From the NCBI RefSeq assembly GCF_009914755.1, contig NC_060948.1: a stretch of DNA of 64,000 bases, one strand, 5' to 3'. Positions within the stretch are counted from its first letter, which is position 1; each line of letters begins with the position of its first letter. This document shows positions 58,501-64,000 of this stretch, piece after piece. The stretch comes from the human T2T-CHM13v2.0 reference genome, Homo sapiens. A model generated the notes under the pieces. That model did no database searches, had not been told where the DNA came from, and saw nothing but the letters and a program-made list of their open reading frames with translations. The translations under genes were made by a program, and so were the position numbers.

Positions 58501-61500
58501 GGAGTGAAATTGTATGCAGTAGAAGGGAATAGAATGGAATGCAAGCGAAAGGAAAGGAATGGATTGGAATGGAATGGAATTCATTGGAATGGAAGGGAAT
58601 GTAGTGTAATGGACAGGCCTGGAATAAAGTGGAATGCTACAGTCTCGAATGGAATAAAAATGTATGGAATGGAATGCAATGAAACGGAATCGAATGTCAT
58701 AGAATGTAATGGAATGCAAAAAAATGGAATCCTAAATCATTGACTGGAAAGGCTGGGTGTCGAAAGGAATTGACTCCAATGGAATGGAATCGAATGGAAT
58801 GGAAGTGAATAGAATCGAACTAAATCGAATGGAATGGAATTGATAGGAACGGAATGGAAAGGAATGCAATGATTTGGCATGGAATGCAATCGAATGGCAT
58901 CGAATGGAATGGAATGGAATGCAATGGAATGGAATGTATTAGAATGTAATGAACTTTAATGGAATGTACTCGAATGGATTCGACTGGAATGGAATGTTCT
59001 GGAAGTGAATGGACTCCAATGGAATGGATTCAAAAGGAATGGAATCGTACGGAATGGAATCTAATGGAATGGAATTAAATGGAAATGAATCAAATTGAAT
59101 AGCACGGAATTGAATTGAATGGAATGGAATGCAATGGAATCTAATGAAACGGAAAGGAAAGGAATGGAATGGAATGGAAAGGGCTGGAATGGAAAGGAAT
59201 CGAAACGAATGGAATGGAATCGAACTGAAGAGACTGGAATGGAATGCACTGGAATGGAAGGGAGTGTAATGGAAGGTTCTCGAATGGAATGGAATTGAAT
59301 GGAACGGAATAGAGTCGAATGGAATTGAATGGAATGGAATGGACTAGAGTGAAATGGAATCGAACCACAAGGAATGGACAGGAATAGAATGGTCTCGAAT
59401 TGAATGGAATCGTATGGAATGGCATCAAACGGAATGGAATGGACAGCCACGGAATGGAATGCACTCGAATGCAATGGAGTCGAAACTAATGGACTGGAAT
59501 AGAATGGACTCGACTGGTACGGACTCCAATGGAATGGAATCGAATGGAAGGGAATCGAACGGAATGGACTCGAAGGGAAAAGACTGCAATGGAAAGGTCT
59601 CGAATGGAATGGAAATTAATGGAATGGAATGGAATCGAATGAAATGGAGTCAAAAGGAATGGAATCGAATGGCAAGAAATCGAATGTAATGGAATCGCAA
59701 GGAATTGATGTGAACGGAACGGAATGGAATGGAATCCAAAGGAATGGAATAGAATGGAATGGAATCGAATGGAAAGGACTCGAATGGAAATCACTCGAAT
59801 AGAATGCAATTTAATAAAATAGGATCAAATGTAATGGAATGGAATGGAAAGGAATCGAAACGAAAGGAATGGAGACAGATGGAATGGAATGGAACAGAGA
59901 GCAATGGTATAGAATGGAATGGAATCATCTGGAATGGAATTGAATGGAATGGAATAATATGAAATGGAATGGAATGGAATGGAATGGAATGGAATGGAAT
60001 GCCCTTGAATTAAATGGACTGGAATGGAATGGACTCGAACAGAGTGGAATGGAAAGTGTTGAGATAGAATGCAATGGACTCCTTCGGAATGGTCTAGTAT
60101 GCAATGCAATCGACTGGCAGGGAATCAAAAGGAATGTAATCGAATGGATTGGACTGGAATGCAGTGGACTCGAATAGATTGGAAACGGAATGCAAAGGAA
60201 TGGAATGGAATAGTATGGAATGGAATGGAAAGGAATGGAGTGGAATAGACTAGAGTGGAATGGAATGGACTGGAAAGCAATGGACTGGAATGGAACTTTC
60301 TTGAATGGACTGGAATCAAACGGAATGGAATGCAATGCAATCAAATGGCATGGAATAAAATAGAATGAAAGAGAATCAAATGGAATTGAATCGAATGGAA
60401 TCGAATGGATTGGAAAGGAATAGAATGGAATGCAATTTAATGGACTAGAATGGAATGGAGTAGAATGGAATGGATTCGAATGGAAGGCAAAGGAATGGAA
60501 TCTATTGGAATGGACTGTAATGGAATGGAATGGAAGGGATTGGAATGGACTCGAATGGAATGGACTGCAATAGAAAGGATTCGAATGGAATGAAAAAGAA
60601 TTGAATGGAATAGAACAGAATGGAATCAAATCGAATGAAATGGAATGGAATAGAAAGGAATGGAATGAAATGGAATGGAAAGGATTCGAATGGAATGCAA
60701 TCGAATGGAATGGAATCGAACGGAATGGAATAAAATGGAAGAAAACTGGCAAGAAATGGAATCGAAATGAATGGAGTGTTATGGAACGGACTCAAAAGGA
60801 ATTGAATGTAATAGAATGGAGTGGAGTGGACTCGAATATAATGGACTGGAATGGAATGAAATCACATGGAATGGGAACGAATGGAATGGAATGGAAAGGA
60901 ATGGAATCGAATGGAAAGGAATCGAATGGAAGGGAATGAAATTGAATCAACAGGAATGGAAGGGAATAGAATAGACGGTAATGGAATGGACTCGAATAGA
61001 ATGGACACGAATGCTCAAATTGAATGGACTCCAATGGAATGGAAACGAAAGGAATGTCATCGAATAGAATTGAATCGATTGGAATGAAATCGCAAGAATG
61101 GAGTGGAATCAAATGGAATTGAATCGAAAGGAAAGGAAGCGAATGGACTGAAATGAAATGGAATGGAATTGAATGGAAAGTAATGCAATGGAATAGAATG
61201 GAACGAAATTTCACGGAATGGAATCAAACTGAAAGGAATCAAATCAATGGAATCTAATCAAATGGAATGGAAGGGAATTGAATGGAGTAGATTGGATTGG
61301 ATGGGATTGGAGTGAAATGTACTGGAAAGGACTCGAATTTCATGAAACGGAATGGAATGAATTGGAACGGAATGGACTCGAATGGAATGGAATGTCATGG
61401 AATGGCATCAAATGGAATGGCATCAAATGGAATGGAATCGAATGCAATGGAATGCTATGGAATGGAATGGAATGCATTGGAATGGAATGTCCTCTAATGG

Positions 61501-64000
61501 AATGGATTCGAGTGGAATGGAATCGAATATAATGGAGTCGAATGAAATGGAATTGAAAGGAATGGGATCGAATACAATGGAATATACTGGAATGTAATGT
61601 AATGAACTCGAATGTAATTGACTGGAATGGAATGTACATGAATGGAATGTAATCGAATGGAAAGTAATCCAATGGAATAGAATCTAATGCAATAAAATCG
61701 ACTCAGATAGAGTAGAATGTAATGGAATGGAGTGCAGTACAATGGAATGGAATGGAATGCAATGGAATGGAATGGAATGGAATGGAATGGAATGGAATGG
61801 AATGGGATGGAATGGGATGGAATGGTATGGAATGGATAGTAATGGACTGGAGTGAAATGGACTGGAAAGGAATGGACTCAAATTGAAAGGGCTCGAAAGG
61901 AATGGAGTCAAATGGAATGGTCTGGAATGGAATGAACACGAATGTAATGCAATCCAATAGAATGGAATCGAATGGCATGGAATATAAAGAAATGGAATCG
62001 AAGAGAATGGAAACAAATGGAATGGAATTGAATGGAATGGAATTGAATGGAATGGGAACGAATGGAGTGAAATTGTATGCAGTAGAAGGGAATAGAATGG
62101 AATGCAAGCGAAAGGAAAGGAATGGATTGGAATGGAATGGAATTCATTGGAATGGAAGGGAATGTAGTGTAATGGACAGGCCTGGAATAAAGTGGAATGC
62201 TACGGTCTCGAATGGAATAAAAATGTATGGAATGGAATGCAATGAAACGGAATCGAATGTCATAGAATGTAATGGAATGCAAAAAAATGGAATCCAAAAT
62301 CATTGACTGGAAAGGCTGGGTGTCGAAAGGAATTGACTCCAATGGAATGGAATCGAATGGAATGGAAGTGAATAGAATCGAACTAAACCGAATGGAATGG
62401 AATTGATAGGAACGGAATGGAAAGGAATGCAATGAATTGGCATGGAATGGAATCGAATGGCATCGAATGGAATGGAATGGAATGCAATGGAATGGAATGT
62501 ACTAGAATGTAATGAACTTTAATGGAATGTACTCGAATGGATTCGACTGGAATGGAATGTTCTGGAAGTGAATGGACTCCAATGGAATGGATTCAAAAGG
62601 AATGGAATCGTACGGAATGGAATCTAATGGAATGGAATTAAATGGAAATGAATCAAATTGAATAGCTCGGAATTGAATTGAATGGAATGGAATGCAATGG
62701 AATCTAATGAAACGGAAAGGAAAGGAATGGAATGGAATGGAATGGGCTGGAATGGAAAGGAATCGAAACGAATGGAATGGAATCGAACTGAAGAGACTGG
62801 AATGGAATGCACTGGAATGGAAGAGAGTGTAATGGAAGGTTCTCGAAAAAAATGGAATCGAATGGAATGGAATTGAATGGAACGGAATAGAGTCGAATGG
62901 AATTGAATGGAATGGAATGGACTAGAGTGAAATGGAATCGAACCACAAGGAATGGACAGGAATAGAATGGTCTCGAATTGAATGGAATCGTATGGAATGG
63001 CATCAAACGGAATGGAATGGACAGCCACGGAATGGAATGCACTCGAATGCAATGGAGTCGAAACTAATGGACTGGAATAGAATGGACTCGACTGGTACGG
63101 ACTCCAATGGAATGGAATCGAATGGAAGGGAATCGAACGGAATGGACTCGAAGGGAAAAGACTGCAATGGAAAGGTCTCGAATGGAATGGAAATTAATGG
63201 AATGGAATGGAATCGAATGAAATGGAGTCAAAAGGAATGGAATTGAATGGCAAGAAATCGAATGTAATGGAATCGCAAGGAATTGATGTGAACGGAACGG
63301 AATGGAATGGAATCCAAAGGAATGGAATAGAATGGAATGGAATCGAATGGAAAGGACTCGAATGGAAATCACTCGAATAGAATGCAATTTAATAAAATAG
63401 GATCAAATGTAATGGAATGGAATGGAAAGGAATCGAAACGAAAGGAATGGAGACAGATGGAATGGAATGGAACAGAGAGCAATGGTATAGAATGGAATGG
63501 AATCATCTGGAATGGAATTGAATGGAATGGAATAATATGAAATGGAATGGAATGGAATGGAATGGAATGCCCTTGAATTAAATGGACTGGAATGGAATGG
63601 ACTCGAACAGAGTGGAATGGAAAGTGTTGAGATAGAATGGAATGGACTCCTTTGGAATGGTGTAGTATGCAATGCAATCGACTGGCAGGGAATCAAAAGG
63701 AATGTAATCGAATGGATTGGACTGGAATGCAATGGACTCGAATAGATTGGAAACGGAATGCAAAGGAATGGAATGGAATAGTATGGAATGGAATGGAAAG
63801 GAATGGAGTGGAATAGACTAGAGTGGAATGGAATGGACTGGAAAGCAATGGACTGGAATGGAACTTTCTTGAATGGACTGGAATCAAACGGAATGGAATG
63901 CAATGCAATCAAATGGCATGGAATAAAATAGAATGAAAGAGAATCAAATGGAATTGAATCGAATGGAATCGAATGGATTGGAAAGGAATAGAATGGAATG
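28535..64000 (+). repeat. Units 9-18: homogeneous subfamily block with higher-order A/B organisation
   Basis: Unit starts at 28535, 32094, 35657, 39236, 42799, 46383, 49931, 53479, 57042 and 60601 (last unit truncated by the window). All carry GTAGAAGGGAAT, versus GTAGAAGAGAAT in units 1-8. Type order: A B A B A B B B A B. Confidence 0.88.
46245..53854 (+). repeat. Apparently exact tandem duplication with 3548-bp period (units 14 and 15)
   Basis: ORF-track entries for 46383-49930 and 49931-53478 are identical at a constant 3548 offset; private variant GGAATAGAATGTCAT in both (~47170, ~50718). Confidence 0.85.

Larger units (their letters stand above)
1..64000 (+). repeat. DYZ1: Human satellite III array, (GGAAT)n-based, most likely DYZ1 (HSat3A6) of Yq12 heterochromatin
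   Basis: Every line is GGAAT pentamers and 1-2 nt variants (CGAAT, GGACT, GCAAT, TGAAT). Landmark motifs (GGACAGGCCT, CAGCCACGG, AAAACTGGCAAG, GCCCTTG) recur every ~3.55 kb. A single conserved HaeIII and EcoRI site per unit and a length near 3564 bp match the established DYZ1 unit. No inversion or DYZ2/Alu-like sequence is seen. Confidence 0.93.

Noticed and set aside
31-63912. Hundreds of 60-310 aa ORFs (MEWNG.../FHSIP... repeats)
   Set aside because: These are direct translations of GGAAT/ATTCC pentamers, which lack stop codons. They overlap in all frames, recur in each unit, are freely broken by 5-bp indels and show no domain-like sequence.
1-64000. CRISPR-like or other prokaryotic repeat-spacer system
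   Set aside because: There are no unique spacers and no cas or other genes; the intervening sequence is itself repeated every 3.55 kb.
1-64000. DYZ2/Alu/L1 insertions or strand inversion
   Set aside because: No AT-rich DYZ2, Alu or L1 sequence and no switch to an ATTCC-rich strand were seen.
1-64000. HSat2 or autosomal HSat3 (e.g. chr9) assignment
   Set aside because: It lacks the CATTCGATTC-dominated HSat2 pattern, and the ~3.56 kb period with single HaeIII/EcoRI sites fits DYZ1. Not confirmed by a database search.

Overview
The whole 64 kb window is one uninterrupted, single-orientation (GGAAT)n array of human satellite III. It is built from 18 tandem ~3.55 kb units (complete units are 3534-3584 bp), each with one conserved HaeIII/StuI site and one conserved EcoRI site. 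This matches DYZ1 (HSat3A6) of Yq12 heterochromatin. I find no credible protein-coding gene, RNA gene, mobile element or CRISPR array; all ORFs are translation artefacts of the pentamer. The notable structure lies above and inside the unit: (i) three perfect tripartite heat-shock elements (nGAAnnTTCnnGAAn) per unit that survive nearly all local mutations; (ii) a subfamily switch near 28.5-30 kb from heterogeneous, chimeric units to a homogeneous block; (iii) within that block, an A/B dimer (~7.14 kb) higher-order repeat, a B1-A'-B2 trimer present twice, and an apparently perfect 3548-bp tandem duplication; and (iv) chimeric units 5 and 6, which look like a collapsed copy of units 1-4. All comparisons were made by eye and need alignment to confirm.
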